64,000 nt of DNA, taken from the NCBI GenBank assembly GCA_030390025.1, contig CM059431.1, positions 117,988,001 to 118,052,000 of the forward strand. Direction: 5' to 3'. A program made the translations under genes and the position numbers. The notes under the pieces were generated by a model, which had not been told where the DNA came from, ran no database searches, and saw only the letters and a program-made list of their open reading frames with translations. The DNA comes from Squalus acanthias (taxonomy: Eukaryota). Shown in pieces: positions 34,930-46,965 of the stretch (positions are counted from its first letter, which is position 1; each line of letters begins with the position of its first letter).

Positions 34930-37700
34930 GAGATAAAGAGATTAAGGGAATGGGCAGTTATATAATGTGGTAAGTGTGAGATATTACATTTTGGGAGGAA
35001 TAACAAGCAATGCGAGTATATAATTAATGGAAAGACACTGAAGGGTGTTGTTCAACAGAGAGACTGTAGAATTCGCAATATATCGCGATTTTATTAATAA
35101 AGAGAAAAACACATAGTTTCGTTCAAACAGCTTTTATTTCAGCAGAATGCTGTCAGGTTTTTAAAGTGGACACAAGCAGCTTGTAAAATGGCCGCCGCAC
35201 CTCGTGGCGGAACATTCTAGACTTTTCGACAGGCAGACAAGATGGCGTTCCAATAAACATTTGTGCAAGATCGATTAAGACTCAGCACATTGAAGATAAT
35301 GCACGAGACATCATGGGTTTACAGTATACACATAAATACTGAAATCGGTCTCCCAGGTACGAATGAAAGCTATTGTACCAAGTAATCAAGAACCCATCCA
35401 AAGACATTAATATGTAAAATCCCAACGACTCTACGATGAGAGAGCCGTTAGCGGGTAGTTACAGAAAACACTTGGAAGCCCCAAAACCCCTCCAGGGAGA
35501 ACACCGACCGATTAAACAATGGGAGAAATATTAACAGGTACTCAGACAATTACGAGTAGCCCCGAAACCCATTAAAACGGAGATAACCCTATACAAGACA
35601 TTTGAGCGCCAAACCCTAACAAAAGAAAAGACATTAAGGTTGGGCGGGAAACGGAAGATTTTGCACTATAACTACAGGCTCCAAACCGTCCATCTTTCTC
35701 TTGACTCTTGACTCTTATCTTGCTGGTGTTCATCCTCGTGGCTGCTCCTGTGCACTTGACTCGCCGTCTTGTTCCTGCTTGCCTCGTGTCTCTTTTCAAA
35801 AGACTGTTGAACTTTATGATCCGCTCGGATCTACCTCGTGTCGTGTCGCGAAGACCTGTGTAGAACTGGGCTCTGAAGCCTTGAAGCGGGCGCACCATTC
35901 CGATAAGTCGGTAAACGGTGTCGGAACCGAAGGCCCGAGATGAGATGAGATGAGATGAGATGAGATGAGAAGAGAAGAAGACCATACTTATCGCCACGGT
36001 CAGTAAGCCCCGACCGCGCCTGTAGGTCGAATAGACATTTTCCTTGCCAGGAAGACTTCTTCGAACTTTACAGAACTGACACAGGAAGACTCTTCTTTGA
36101 ATTTTATCGCACCCGTGCGAGGGCACAGGAAGACTCTTTTTTGAGTATAGTCGGAACTCCGAGGACAACACAGATCTTCATGACAGCAGACGTTCCAGCC
36201 TGCTAGCCGGAGCAGAACGAGTAAACAAGTGGGGCCAGGAGACCCCCTGATCGACACGTGGGTGCTGCGGTGAAAAACATCCGATCAGAGTTTTCGGAAT
36301 TCTCCGAGTTATCACGAGTGGTGAGCATGAGTCTCGAATCCTACGAATCTAGCTAGGACAGATATTGATAGGGGAGGGTTTCAAGTACTAAGGATAAGTG
36401 TAATGTGTGCCCCCATTTACGATGTGTCGTTCGTTCCTCATTTCCCCGAAATTAATCACATAACTGCGTGTAAGATTGTACTGTCATTAATCTGTGCTTA
36501 TGACATGTATTTCGTAATCTTAAGTATTATGCAATAAAGATTTTCCATTTCGTACCATTCAACCGAGTCTACCTGAGTTTCATCTCCATTACTGCTCTCG
36601 CATCTAAGTCCAGTGTCTAGAACCGTAAGGGCGAGTGGGTCGAACCACTCACAGGTGTGTCTAGTGCTCCCAGACTGGCTGGAGACCAGAACAGGCAACA
36701 AGGCCTAAACCCGCACTAGCACCCGGGCTGCACAGAGCCACACGAATCTCACAGGCTGAGAGACGGTCAAAACCCTTACAAGACCTAGAGATCCAAATAC
36801 ACAATTCCCTGAAAGTGCAAGTGCAGTTGAAGGATGTTAAGGCCTTGGAGAGGGTGCAGAGGAGATTTACCAAAATGATACCAGGGATGAGGGACTTCAG
36901 TTATGTGGAGAGACTAGAGAAACTGGCATTGTTCACCTTAGAGCAGAGAAGGTTAAGGATGGATTTAATAGAGGTGTTCAAAATTCTGAGTGATTTTGAT
37001 AGAGTAAAAAGGAGAAACAGTTGCCATTGGTGTGTGTGTGTCAATAACCAGTGGACACAGATTTAAGAAAAAGAACCAGAAGCAAAAGAACCAGAGGGGA
37101 GATGAGGTGGATTGTTTTTATGCAGCGGGTTGTTATGATGTGAAATGTATTACCTGAATGAAAGGGTGGGGGATGTAGATTCAATAGTAACTTTCAAAGA
37201 GCCGGCACATGCACGCTGAGCCGATTGGCCTCGTTCTGTGCTGCAAGATTCTATTATTCTATAGTTACAAGCAGAGACTTGAGACACTGGGATTATTTGT
37301 ACTGGAGCAGCAAAGGCTAAGAGGTAAATTATTAGAGGTTTTTAAATTTATAAGGATTATGAGGAAGGTAAAGGGAAAAACTATTTCCTCTGGTTGGGGA
37401 TTTGTGACGAAGGGTCAACAAGTAAAATTTAAAAGAGTGAGGAGCGAGGTTAGAAGAAATTTAATTTTGCAGTGAGTTGTTGGACCATGGAATGCTTTGC
37501 TACCGGGAGTGGTTGAAGCGGAGACCTGTGCATCTTTTAAGGATAAATTGAATAAAACATTTGCAGCAGGGAAAGATACAGGATGATAGGGAGAGAGAAA
37601 GGCAGTGGGAATAATTTTGGATTGCTTTAGCACAGAGCTGGTACAGGTGTGATGGGCCAAATTCCTCTTCTATGCTGTAAACGTCAATGGCTTTATGGTT
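34930..37700 (+). mobile_element. CR1 3' fragments (two, in tandem); the first is interrupted by a solo LTR
   Basis: KCEILHFGR...QQRD|LEI, ALERVQRRFTKMIPG, LEQRRLR; second copy LEQQRLRGKLLEVFK. Confidence 0.8.
35065..36780 (+). mobile_element. Long solo LTR (1716 bp)
   Basis: TGTA...TACA ends. 4-bp TSD AGAC at 35061-35064 and 36781-36784. AATAAA at 36533. CpG-rich. Homologous to 56604-58212. Confidence 0.88.
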
Positions 37701-38087
37701 CTATTGTCCAGAATAAGGCAGCAACAGACAAGAAGATAGGAATAGGCAGGATTTGAGAAAGCGCATAGCAACATGTAGGGGAGACGTTTTGGGGTCAGTT
37801 ACATTGCAAATGTGATTGCAGGTTTAAAACATGTTGCAGCTCTTATGTTCCTGTTAAGCTGACAATAATTACCTTAACAGGCCTAACAAATTTTCAGTGC
37901 CATAGCACTCACAAGCCGCTTCCTCCTAACAATAATTCGGCAGTGTGCAAAAATTAGGCTACTCCATGCTCCCAATATTACTGCTATCAAACCCACAAAT
38001 ACTGCAGGAGTTTATCAACGGTAATATCCAAACTTATATTTCTTCTTCTTCTATTAACTTACCTTACTGAGTATACTTTTGGTTTAC

Positions 38088-38475
38088 AACAACAATTTGC
38101 ATTTATATAGTGTCTTTAACATAGTTAAATGTCCCAAGCCGCTTCACAGGAGCGTTATCAAACAACATTTGACACCGAGCCACATATTAGGACAGGTGAC
38201 CAATAGCTTGGTCAAAGAGGTAGGTGTTAAGGAGCATCTTGAAGGAGGAGAGAAAGGTAGAGAGGCGGAAAGGTTAAGGGAGGGAATTCTAGAGTTTAGG
38301 GCCTAAGCAGCTGAAGGCACAGCCACCAATGGTGGAGTAATGAAAATCGGGGATGCACAAGAGGCAGGAATTGGAGGAGTGCAGAGATCTCATAGGATTG
38401 TAGGGCTGGAGAAGGTTACAGAGATAGGGAGGGGCAAGGCCTTGGAGTGATTGAAAAACAAGGATGAGAATTTTA
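38088..38475 (-). mobile_element. L2-like LINE 3' fragment
   Basis: Minus strand reads KILILVFQSLQGLAPPYLCNLLQPY...; 3' tail (acaacaacaatttgcatttatatag on +). Confidence 0.75.
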
Positions 38476-41049
38476 CTCTCTAAATTTCTACCAACATTTT
38501 TTTTTACACGGCTTTCCAGGCATTCTCCTCTTGTCCTTGATTTCTGAAAGCTGAGATAAAAATCTCTCCTTTAAATATCTTAAATCTGGAGTTTCCAAAC
38601 TACACCCATATGTGACCCAGGAACTATGGCCGAATCAGACCCCGTAGACACTTAACAAGCTCGGTGGTGGTTGTGATTATATGCAGAAATTGTCAAAGAT
38701 TGACTGCTGTTCAGCATAGTAATATGTGCCTGTAGGTCAGGATCAGAGTGATCTAATAGATTACTCAGTTTTGCGTCTGTATAGTCATGCATGTTAACCA
38801 ATGACAAGGTCTTTTGTTACAGTTGATATTTTTACGAGTAAAATTTTTAATTTATAATGGATATTGTTTTTACAATTAGATAGTTTCCTACTTAATACAA
38901 ACATCAACATTGTCGGAAGTAATAACACACTGGTTAGACATAATGTAGAAGTCGATGTAATGCAGTATGCTGGATGTACAATGTGCATTAATCAGTCTTG
39001 GAAGAAAAACTCTTACTGTGCATATGTGGTATTCAGTTTGCACATCGCTCACCCTGACTGATTCTGCGACTGGGATTACTAAAATTTGCTTGTTCTGTTG
39101 GGCTGTATGTTTTTAGAATTGATTCATATTTATTCAGAAATAAATTGAGACTGCTAAAGCTAATTTAATTTAAGAGCCATATGCCTAGAAATGCGATCGC
39201 ACCTGTAAACGGTCCCACAGCGGGTGGTGCTGCCAGCTCATTATCATTAATCAGGCATGCAGCCAGTGATACCTGTGCTACTTATTGGTTATGCCTGTTT
39301 GGGAGGAGGGTAGGACATTGGGCTTGACTGACGCCACTTAAAGGCAGCCAGAACCTCTTAAAGGGGAGGTGCACTCTGGCTGTAGACAGCAGGGAATTGT
39401 CCTCAAGGGGATAAAATGGCTGTAAAAGGTACAAAGAGAGCACCCAGGTTTTCAGATGCAGCTTTGGAGGCCCTGGTCGATGCTGTTGACAGGCAGGGGA
39501 GAGAGATATTGTTTCTCCCAAGGGACTGGAAGCCCTCCAGACAACAACTCCACTCCAGAAGAGATTTCTGAGGAAGTCAATTGCAGGAGCTTAGTTTCTC
39601 GGATATGGCTGCCATGTTGAAAAAGTTTAATGACCTCACCAGAGTTGTCAAGGTAAGAATCTTACCTCTGACCTCAATTACTCTCTCCTCACACCTGCAC
39701 CACCTGCAGCCACACTACTCACAACATTTCACTCCCCTGCCTTCCATCACTCTCCTACAATTCCTGCCCCACACTTCCCTCCACCTCCTTCTCTTCCTAT
39801 TCACACACTCTGCACCTTCTGCTCTTACCACTATCGCAACTCTCACTTCCCCACACCTCACACCTTTCACACAATATCTGCATTATTCAACCATGACAGG
39901 CACATTCTCTAAACACCTCACATGGCTGCCACTAACACAGTCCCTTCTTTCTTGCAGAAGAAGATTGCATACAACATACGGCAGGAAGCGACAATCAGAT
40001 GAGGCTAAGCACACCCTTTGCTATCTGTCCTCAGTGGCAGTATCCTCAATGGAAGTTCAGCAGCTTCCACCAACCAAGCCATAGCCATTGGGGATACAGC
40101 TGCTAAGAAGACGAGGATAGGTAAATGAGCACACAAGACAGGCAATAAGGGGCTGCACAAGGGTGATTCTTAATTATTACTGTCAAATATTGGACATATA
40201 GGCCACGATTTTGCCGGCACTCAGAGGGCGGGTTTGGAGGCGGGTCAGGTGGTAAAATCGCAAATATTGACGGCGGGTTCCAATCCCGCCGTCAACCTGC
40301 CTCCGTGCAACTTTTCCAAAGGCAGCCTCCCAGACTCCCGATTGATCCCGCCACCCAGCGGCGGGATAGGCCCTTAAGACAGTTAACTGCTTGTTAACTG
40401 CCTGGATAATGCTATTTTGACAGCGGTTTTAGATTTTGCCACTTTTTCTGCGTATTCCATGCCGTTCCCAAACCACGCCAGCTGATTGTGCCGCGTTCAC
40501 AAGTGGCTGCCTTCTTCACAGCTGCAGCTCCAGCATAAAAACAGAGCTCTCAACCAGGCTCAGTTGCAGGTGGCAGAACTTTGTTTTTTCAGGTCTTGGA
40601 TAACCTTTTGCAGGTCTACTGATCTTGGAAGTGGTGAAGCTGAGATCCCGCTCCACTGGGACCTCCTGGGAAAACCCTCTCCCCACATTGACTGAGCGCT
40701 TCCTCAAATGAGATATCTACCAGCAGCATGGGAACCATTTATTTCTTTTCATCCTGGTTGTCAGATTCGGAGGAAGAGCAGCCGCGGCAGCAGCAGAACC
40801 AGGCACAACAGCAGCACCAACAGCAGGAACGCCAACCTCCTGCTCAGCCACCTGATGCTGCACAGGGCAGAAGACGTTAGCGCAGGGCTGCACTTTGCCG
40901 CAGGAGATACCCCCAACACAGGGTTTACAGGCCGAGGATGACTTTCCTCAACATGAGTGAGCAGCAGTGCCAAAGGAGGCTGAGGCTTTCGTGAGAGGTT
41001 GTCGGAGACATCTGCACAATGCTGCAGCAACACCTGGAGCCCAGAGGAG

Positions 41050-42777
41050 CATAGAAACATAGAAGATAGGAGCAGGAGTAGGCCATTTGGCCCCTCGAGC
41101 CTGCTCCGCCATTCAATGCGATCATGGCTGATCATCCAAATTCAGTACCCTGTCCCTGCTTTCTCCCCATATCCCTTGATCCCTTTAGCCTTAAGAAATA
41201 TATCTAACTCCTTCTTGAATATATTTAATGAATTGGCCTCAACTGTCTTCTGTGGTAGAGAATTCCACAGGTTCACCACTCTCTGGGTGAAGAAATTCCT
41301 CCTCATCTCAGTCCTAAATGGCTTACCCCTTATCCTTAGACTGTGACCTCTGGTTCTGGACTCCCCCGCCATCGGGAACATCCTTCCTGCATCTAGTCTG
41401 TCTAGTCCTGATAGAATTTTATAAGTTTCAATGAGATCCCCTCTCATTCTTCTAAACTCTAGCGAATATAAGCCTAATCGACCCAATCTCTCTTCATACT
41501 TCATTCCTGCCATCCCAAGTATCAGTCTGGTGAATCTTCGCTGCACTCTCTCCATGGCAAGAACATCCTTCCTCAGATAAGGCGACCAAAACTGCACACA
41601 ATACTCAAGGTGTGGTCTCACCAAGGCCCTGTACAACTGCAGCAAGACATCCTTGCTCCTCTACTCGAATCCTCTCGCTATGAAGGCCAACCTACCATTT
41701 GCCTTCTTAACCGTCTGCTGCACCTGCATGCTTACCTTCAGCGACTGGTGCACAAGGACACCCAGGTCTCGTTGCACTTCCCCTTTTCCCAATCTATTGC
41801 CGTTCAGATAATAATCTGTCTTCCTGTTTTTGCCACCAAAGTGGATAACCTCGCATTTATCCATATTATACTGCATCTGCCATGCAACTGCCCAATCACT
41901 CAACCTGTCCAAATCATACTGGAGTTTCTCTGCATCCTCCTCACAGCACACATGCCCACCTGGCTTTGTGTCGTCTGCAAACTTGGAGATATTGGACCAG
42001 AAATTAAAGACGGAGCGTTCCTGCGGGGGTAAGACTTCCCCGCGATATCTCACTGCGCGCCTACCTTTTCCCTCCGAGCTCACACGAACTTTAGTTTCAA
42101 GGCTGCAGCTGTGCAGTGTGTGCGTATCCCAGAGACGGAGTTAGTTCGTGCGAGCTCTGGGATCACGTGATTCAGTTAGAGCCAATGGCAGCACACCATC
42201 TTTCATTCATAGTTTTGACAGCAAGGGCTGTCAAAGCTATGAATCTATACCCCCCCCAAAAGAACAGCTAAACCTCAATTAAATTTTTAAAAAAAGCCAT
42301 CACATTAATAAAATAAGTATAGTTAAATAAATTAACCAATTTAAACAAAAAATTAAATTTTTGAAAAAATTTAAATCTTTTTAAAAGTTATAAAAATAAA
42401 CTTACCTTTCTTTAAAATCTCTAAAAAAGATAAACCTGTTGAAAATATTTTTAAATAAAACTTAATTAACTACTTACCTTGTTAAAAGAGGGTCTTACGC
42501 CTCCTTTCTTTATGTGCAAAATCTTCCATGCTTACCTGCGCGTTCAAACCACTAAGTGCACTGCGTGCGCGCAGCCTGTAGCGCGCACACGGTTCACTTA
42601 GGAACCGCCCCCTTTTGAGTTCACGAAGTGCCGGTTTCCCGCGCATGCGCAGTGCATGCTGGAAACCGGCAATTGGAGACCTAAAACGCAAGAGTACACA
42701 GTGCGTACTCTCGCGTATTAGGTCTAATTTTCGGGCCATTACATCTAGTTCCCTCGTCTAGATCATTAATATTTATT
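41050..42777 (-). mobile_element. CR1 LINE 3' fragment inserted in the transposase
   Basis: [20 protein letters not shown]...LYRALVRPHLEYCVQFWSP; tail catagaaacatagaa at 41050. Essentially no TSD (1-bp G). Confidence 0.92.
41994..42737. mobile_element. Harbinger-type MITE with AT-rich core, copy 2, inside the CR1
   Basis: TIR GGACCAGAAATTA / TAATTTTCGGGCC; TSD ATT at 41991-41993 and 42738-42740. Confidence 0.9.
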
Positions 42778-43961
42778 GTGGGTGGACACCCCTTACCAGT
42801 GGCTGTCAAAGTCACTACCGTACTAAATTTTTTTGCTTCAGGGTCCTTCCAGGGATCATCAGCAGACATCAGCGGCATCTACCAGTCGGCTGCACACACT
42901 TGCATCACGCAGGTTACCGGTGCCCTCTTTGCAAAGGCGGACAATTACATCACTTCTCCACGGATGAAGTAAGTGTAAATGTGTGTGTGGTTGGCTTTGC
43001 AAATATGGCAGGCTTGCAAAGGGTGCAGGGCATCATAGACTGCACACATGTGGCCCTTAGGGCACCTCATCACAACCCAGCTCTTTTTGTCAACTGCAAG
43101 GGCTCCCACTCCCTTAACTTGCAGCTGGTGTGTAACCACACAAAGGACATTTTGCATGTTTACGCGAAGTACCCTGGCAGTTGTCATGACTCGTTCATCC
43201 TGCGGCAGTCTAGTGTGCCTCCACTCTTCAATCCGTCAACACAACTTTCCGGGTGACTACTTGGAGACAAGGGCTATCCCCTGAAGACATGGCTGATGAC
43301 GCCATTGAGGAGGCCATCAAACTAAGCAGAGGAGCGCTACAATGCCAGCCACATTTCAACCAGACCCATCATCAAGCAAACCATCGGCTTGCTGAAGATG
43401 CAATTCAGATGCCTTGACAGATCAGGTGGAGCCCTACAGTACTCAGCAGCCAGGGTCTCCAGAATCGTGGTGGTCTGCTGTGCACTGCACAACATCGCAC
43501 AGCATCGTGGCTTGCAGTTGCCTGAGGAACAAGTGGCTCAGCGCTTAGCCTCCTCAGATGAGGAGGTGGAGGAGAAGGAGGAGGAGGAGGAGGAGGAGAA
43601 GACCTTATGGAGGCGGATGAGCCAGCTGCAGCAGCACGCAAGCACATTGCTGCCTGGGATGCAAGGGATGCACTAATCTTTGCCAGATTCGCTTAGGTAG
43701 ACAAATCAAACACATGTGGCTGGCACCTTCTTATCACACCATAGACAATGGACAAGAACCTGTGGGTTCCTATCACTCTGAGCACCATCATTACAAATGC
43801 AAGTCGCCCTGAGCACTCAATGTGGAACTTCCATTTCCCAGATCACATAGGCCAGAACTTCAACTGTTTGCCATCACTTCTGTTTAATCAATGCACAAAA
43901 GGATGACAATGACAAAAATTAAAGACAACAGAACAGAACACAAAAGTGACTACCCTTGTGA

Positions 43962-45963
43962 CTAATTGTGCTTTATCTTCCTCTTACGCATGCTTCTATA
44001 TGGTGCTTCCCCTGTGGCTTCAGCAGATGTGGAGGTACCTTGCTCGCTTTCATGCTGTTCCTGCTTCGACACCTTGGGCGGGCATCCTCTGGGTTTGCAA
44101 GCCTGTGAGGGCTCGGCAACAGTCTGCTCCTCCTGCATCTGTGTAGGGGCTGAGATGCCCATCCCAATTGGGTGAGGACTCTGGTGGGGCTCTGACCAAG
44201 GGCTACTCAGTGGCATGGGAGTGTGAGCTCTTGGAGAGGAGCCCCCACTTGCTTGTTACCTGCCACCAACATCCCTCTCATGGGTCAGCCCCACTTCAGT
44301 GCTCGCAAGTGGCTTGACAGCACCTTGCTGCACATCAGGGGGGGCCATGAGGACCCGTATCTGCACTGGCAGTTCTACTCAAAAGGACTTCCATGAAGCT
44401 CTGGTTTCTCTGCTCAATAGCTGCCCATCGCTCCTCCAGAGATGTCAGTCTATTCTGAACATTCACCATGTTTTCCAGATCTGGCGACTTAGGTCCTCCA
44501 TGGCTATAGCCATCCTCTCCTCTACCATAGCCATCCTTTCCAGAGAGGTAGCCATCCTTACCACGGAGGTAGTCACCCTTTCCACGGAGGTTGCCATCCT
44601 TTCCATGGTGGTGCGTTCATGCACCATTGCCTCCACAAAGGCACTGCTCATGTTAGAGATATACTCCTCCATCCTCTCCACACTCGCAGTTACCCTGGAT
44701 GCAAAACCTGCCAGAGACTCCTGCACTTGTTCCTGGAGTTCGCACCGCTCTCCTTCTGGATGGACCCGGAGGCACAGGGTCCACATGCAGCTGAGCAGAG
44801 CTGAGAGCGCCCTGCGGCCTCTGACGAGGATTCTCCACTGCTGTCCCTGTCTCCACCATCTGCTGATGCTCACTTGTGAGCTGTGATACACCAGGTGACA
44901 ACACTACTCTATGTCGTGAAGGTCCCACCGAGGTGTGCGTATCTGCGCTGGTGCTGGGTGCGCTTAATTCTGCTGACGCTGCGCCCTCAGAGGTTGCAGG
45001 TTCCTCTGAGGAGTCTTCCGGCTCTTCCTCCTGGACAGTGGGGAGGGGGGCTATCGATGGTCCTGTGGGGGAGTAAAGGCATGAGTTAGACATGTGATAT
45101 TAACGTAGCATGCACATGGAATTGTGCAGATGGTAATAAGTCAATCTGTATGAGCATCAGATGCCATATCAGTCACTCATGCAATGTAAATGAGAGAGAT
45201 GCAAATCTATTCTGTCACCAGCTTGCTCTACTGCACCTGTCTGACCGTCCCCCACTTCCAGATCCTCATCGCCTCCAATGATTTCCAGGGCCGCCTTCTC
45301 AGCATTGGTGAGATGGGCTATGGAAGTTGGTCCTCCTCCTGTCCTGCCCCTCTCCCTCTTATTGTGGGCTTTCTTTTCCTGCAATGAGGGACACAAGTGG
45401 AGTTTGAATGAGAATGATGGAGTGAGTGTAGAGAATCCATAGCATAGATGCTTAGAAGGAGACAAAGATGGAGTGAGGTGCCAATACCAAGGGCCCTCCG
45501 TGTGCCCTGTTAGTTATTGTCATAGCATCACAATGAGAGCGAGTGTGAGGGCAGCATAGTCGAATAGTGAAGTGATTGTGTACGTATAGAGAGAGAGGGA
45601 TGGTTAAGGGTGCAAGGGATGTAAGGGTAAAGTGGGATGTGCAGGAGTAGGTTGACAATGCAGAGTGCTGGTGATGAGATGAGATGGGGAGCAGATTAAG
45701 GCCAAGTGTGATGTTATACTCACTTTTCCTAAGCGGACCAGGTCATTGAACCTTTTTCTGCACTGCACCCAGGTTCGAGTGCACATGTATCTGGAGCTCA
45801 CCTCCTGAGCACTTTGCAGCCAGACTGCTTTGGTTTGCTGTGGTGGCTTCTTCTGCCCAGAGGATGGAAAGAGTACCTCCTTGCGCCCTCTGACTCGCTC
45901 CACAAGAGCATGGAGGGAGTCATCATCAAATCGGGGAGAGGCCTTGGCCCTTGAGGTAGTCAT
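43962..45963 (-). pseudogene. Harbinger Myb/SANT-like protein, 3 exons (45963-45724, 45378-45219, 45062-43962)
   Basis: MTTSRAKASPRFDDDSLHALVERVRGRKEVLFP...RTWVQCRKRFNDLVRLGK|GTGAGT; CAG|EKKAHNKRERGRTGGGP; exon 3 frameshifted with heptad-like MERMATS repeats and a basic C-terminus. Confidence 0.88.
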
Positions 45964-46502
45964 GGCAGCAGTTGTCAGAAGGAAATCCAGCAGCAAATAA
46001 TGAGAGAATGAACCAAGGATGTATGGGCCCCTTAAATGCAGCTGGCTCACAGACATCAGCAGAGGCGAGTTCCAGACCCAAAACACTAATTGACCAGGAG
46101 AGCGCACACGCAGGGATGTAATTGCCCAATTAGGGCAAAACCGCAAATTTTTACCAGTTGAAAGCGGCGGCTGGACCGGAACCCGCCGAACTCCTGACCC
46201 GCACTCAACCCACCACCAATAGGAAAATTGCAGCCATAGAGTTGATGGATTCAATTTGTTTTTTTCTGGATTTGATGTTGGTGTTTAGATTTAGAGTGAA
46301 GTTAGGGCAAGACATATAAGGCTGTAGTGAGGAAGGCAATCAGATGATGGTAGTAGGGCGGTGGTGATAAGGACTGGGGGACTGTTGACGTATTGGGGGG
46401 TAAGAGGGATGGTTTACCTGAAGTGCTCTTGGATGAGCTCAGGCAGCTTGGGGCACTGGTGCTCGATACTGCTCATGATCTTCTTTGTCTTCGTACTGCC
46501 AG

Positions 46503-46965
46503 TCCTCCTCCTCCTGATCAACCTACTTCTGATCCTTCTCATCCTGATGCTCCTCCTCCTCCTCTTTGTAATCCTCATCCTGATCCTCCTCCTTCTCCTG
46601 ATCCTCCACCTCCTGATCCTCCTCCTTCTCCTGATCCTCCACCTCCTGATCCTCCTCCTTCTCCTGATCCTCCTCCTCTTGATCCTCCTCCTCTTCCTCC
46701 TCCTGATCCTCTACCTCCTCCTCTGATCCTCCTCCTCTTCCTCCTCCCGATCCTCTACCTCCTCCTCCTGATCCTCCTCCTCTTCCTCCTCCTGATCCTC
46801 TACCTCCTCCCCCTGATACTCCTCCTCTTCCTCCTGATCCTCTACCTCCTCCTCCTGATCCTCCTCCTCTTCCTCCTGATCCTCTACCTCCTCCTCCTGA
46901 TCCTCCTCCTCTTCCTCCTGATCCTCTACCTCCTCCTCCTGATCCCCCTCCTCCTCTTCCTCCTG
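46503..46965. repeat. Compound CCT/GAT minisatellite with 33-bp and 42-bp higher-order units
   Basis: Units cctgatcctcctccttctcctgatcctccacct (33 bp) and tacctcctcctcctgatcctcctcctcttcctcctgatcctc (42 bp; starts at 46801, 46843, 46885, 46927). Confidence 0.92.

Larger units (their letters stand above)
40727..43697 (+). pseudogene. Harbinger DDE transposase (HARBI1-like), split by a CR1 insertion
   Basis: RRYPQHRVYRPRMTFLNMSEQQCQRRLRLS...[64 protein letters not shown], poly-E tail. Confidence 0.92.
40201..46235. mobile_element. PIF/Harbinger transposon (two-gene, both ends present, decayed)
   Basis: Imperfect TIR GGCCACGATTTT / AAAATTGCAGCC. TSD ATA at 40198-40200 and 46236-46238. Convergent transposase and Myb/SANT genes. 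Confidence 0.9.

Noticed and set aside
35572..36171. 199-aa minus-strand ORF in the LTR (also 284-787)
   Set aside because: No recognisable domain, runs through a microsatellite, and is not preserved as a comparable ORF in the related LTR.
44490..44610. 21-bp tandem repeat as an independent element or CRISPR-like array
   Set aside because: No spacers. It is the heptad-coding repeat (MERMATS) inside Myb/SANT exon 3.
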